From Octopus sinensis (lineage: Eukaryota), in NCBI RefSeq assembly GCF_006345805.1, contig NC_043007.1, positions 54,436,001-54,500,000 of the forward strand: a DNA stretch of 64,000 bases, given 5' to 3'. The notes under the pieces were generated by a model, which had not been told where the DNA came from, did no database searches, and worked only from the letters and a program-made list of their open reading frames with translations. Positions 61,434 through 64,000 of the stretch are shown in pieces. The position numbers and the translations under genes are program-made. Numbering within the stretch: the first letter of the stretch is position 1; each line of letters starts with the position of its first letter.

Positions 61434-62452
61434 AGACCTTTCCGTCGATTTCCGTAAAAAACTTTTTTTTTACATATGGGCTTGCGGGAACTTTTGAAGT
61501 AATGAGAGCTAAAGAGACTAAGAGAAAACGATTGTATGACGAGGGAAGTTCTTTTGAAGTTACCGTGCATGGAAAGCATTGATGTACATGTGTGCGTGTT
61601 TGATGGGGTGTGGGAGACAGACAGTATGTTGTGTAAGTGAAGTGCTTCTGTTCGTGTGTGTGAAGAGACAGAGAGAGTAATGTGTGAAAGAGAGAGATAA
61701 CTGAAATTTTTTACTCGGTGTATGTGTATATGTATGTATGTGTGTGTGTATGTATGTATGTATGTAAGAATATGTGTGTGTGTGTATGTATGTGTGTGTA
61801 TGTATGTATGGCCGAGAAGAATATCTATTCATGAAAAGAATATCTCCTCCTCATTTTATAACTCTCCCGTCTTTTTCTTACCATTTCACCATCGTCACAT
61901 CAAGAGACATTAAGGCTGCACAGTAGCAGTTGACAAGGCATGTATAACGATTAAATAAAAAAAATGTTGTCTATATCTTCGATCACTGTCATTATTCCAT
62001 TGAGTCAACCTCGTTATTTTCTACATAGCAGACCGTTACATAAACAGGCAAAGGTAATCTTTCGTTTTAACTCGAACTAATGTAAACACTGAATCGGCCA
62101 TACATACACACACACACATACATAGATACATACACACACACACATACATACATGTACACATACACCGAGTAAAAAATTTCAGTTATCTCTTTCTTTCACA
62201 CATTACTCTCTCTGTCTCTTCACACACACTAACAGAAGCACTTCACTTACACAACATACTGTCTGTCTCTCACACCCCATCAAACACACACACATGTACA
62301 TCAATGCTTCCCCTGGACGGTAAATTCAAAAGAACTTCCCTCGTCATAAAATCGCTTTCTCTTAGTCTCTTTCGCTCTCATTACTTCAAAAGTTCCCGCA
62401 AGCCCATATGTAAAAAAAAAAGAAGTTTTTTACGGAAATCGACGGAAAGGTC
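61434..62452. mobile_element. Foldback/MITE-like element with ~290-bp inverted arms
   Basis: AGACCTTTCCGTCGATTTCCGTAAAAA... vs ...TTTTTACGGAAATCGACGGAAAGGTCT; arms reach ~61725 / ~62160; no TSD recognised. Confidence 0.7.
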
Positions 62453-62999
62453 TACTAGAGACGAAAGATCGCCTTTTATTTAATAAATGACTTTTAACTC
62501 TTCAACGACGAACATCACCAACTGATGTTTCAACGATTTTACATTTATACGGCTATCATCAAAGAAATGTAAATAAATTTACGGCATTTTCGATAAAAAG
62601 ATTGTAAATTTTATTGTGCGAGAGACAAACAATTACTATAGCTTCCGTACTTCTGATAACAATCCGTTAAGAAATCAAAAATCTTCAAGTGGTTGTAAGA
62701 AAACGAAAAAGATCCAAACGAAAATAATTATAAAAATTACCCTAACAAAAAAGATTTTTTTCTTTTTCTTTTTTACATATATATATGGTTTTTCCCCATT
62801 TGGTGCATATTCATGCATCCCTTTCCCACCGTTACGCATTTTGTGCACGTGATACCTAAATTCATGTTTGTATTTTCCCGGATAGCTTTCGTTTCGTTAT
62901 CATTTCCGCAAATATATGTACTATATTCGGATATTTACATTCTGTCTACTCAAAACGAAAGATCGCCGATCGCCCCACATTAAAATACGGCGATCGAAA

Positions 63000-63675
63000 G
63001 ATTGCCTAAAATACAAATCAAAAACTCAAGAAAAAAAAGAGGAAGAAAGAAAGAAAGAAAAAAAGCATCAATTGAAGACGTCCTCGATTAGTCCCGAAGG
63101 TCGCTAAATGTTTTATATGTACTTAAAACCAAAGAATATTGAAGACGTCCTCGATTAGTCCCGAAGGTCGCTACAAAACCACATTAAAATACAAATCAAA
63201 AACTCAAGAAAAAAGGAGGAAGAAAGAAAGAAAGAAAAAAAGCATCAATCGAAGACCAATGTCCTCGATTAGTCCCGAAGGTCGCTAAATGTTTTATATG
63301 TACTTAAAACCAAAGAATATTGAAGACGTCCTCGATTAGTCCCGAAGGTCGCTACAAAACCACATTAAAATACAAATCAAAAACTCAAGAAAAAAGGAGG
63401 AAGAAAGAAAGAAAGAAAAAAAGCATCAATTGAAGACGTCCTCGATTAGTCCCGAAGGTCGCTAAATGTTTTATATGTACTTAAAACCAAAGAATATTGA
63501 AGACGTCCTCGATTAGTCCCGAAGGTCGCTACAAAACCACATTAAAATACAAATCAAAAACTCAAGAAAAAAGGAGGAAGAAAGAAAGAAAGAAAAAAAG
63601 CATCAATCGAAGACCAATGTCCTCGATTAGTCCCGAAGGTCGCTAAATGTTTTATATGTACTTAAAACCAAAGAT
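63000..63675. repeat. Hierarchical tandem repeat (67+114 / 67+110 bp units; 358-bp higher-order period)
   Basis: Core GTCCTCGATTAGTCCCGAAGGTCGCTA starts at 63080, 63147, 63261, 63328, 63438, 63505 and 63619. Confidence 0.95.
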
Positions 63676-64000
63676 TTTCCATTTTAAAATTATTAAACAT
63701 ATCGTTTTTAAGGCAGAAAATAGGAAATTACTTAGATAAAAGTTAAACATGAGCACTGATACATTCACAAGTACCCTTTCCCCTTTCTTTTAATTAGTGC
63801 AGTTATTTTCACTTTGTCTGCCGTATTAAATAAACAAAGATCGAGAGGTGACCGATAGCTTCTAACGACTTTCTAGGGTAATTAATTAACCTTCATTGCA
63901 GACGCAATGTCGCCTCAATTGATTTTGCTAGACATTGTAACACAAGATGACTGTTAAAAGTCGAAACGGCTCAAATACACCAGCACACCCAAAGAAATCG

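Noticed and set aside
63080-63645. CRISPR-like array or TTGAAGA...GAAG hammerhead
   Set aside because: Spacers are themselves repeated, the context is eukaryotic with no cas genes, and GAAA plus stem II pairing are absent.

Overview
AT-rich animal genomic DNA, most consistent with an octopus/cephalopod genome (inferred from the repeat landscape: very dense micro/minisatellites, tRNA-derived SINEs, Dong/R4-like and RTE LINEs, Penelope-like elements, Helitrons). Only one convincing host coding sequence is present: a 578-aa open frame on the minus strand (7112-8848) with a probable TIR-like domain. The rest is transposon-derived or low complexity. It includes five to six Dong/R4-like restriction-endonuclease LINE copies (the three best-preserved in (TAA)n tracts, the others beside other trinucleotide tracts; one near full-length with only two lesions), about eight RTE LINE pieces carrying a PHD-like finger inside the RT, a decayed Helitron helicase, non-autonomous Helitrons including a head-to-tail array, and a MULE-like element with a 10-bp TSD. 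The most striking unexplained structure is a set of at least five sequence-unrelated inverted repeats (38.6-39.5, 49.1-49.4, 53.8-54.1, 56.3-56.5 and 57.1-58.5 kb). Each carries minimal type-I hammerhead ribozyme motifs pointing outward, one surrounds a Penelope GIY-YIG remnant, and one has a non-canonical G3:C8-swapped core. All structures were read by eye. Nothing was aligned, folded or searched computationally, so boundaries marked approximate may be off by tens of bases.
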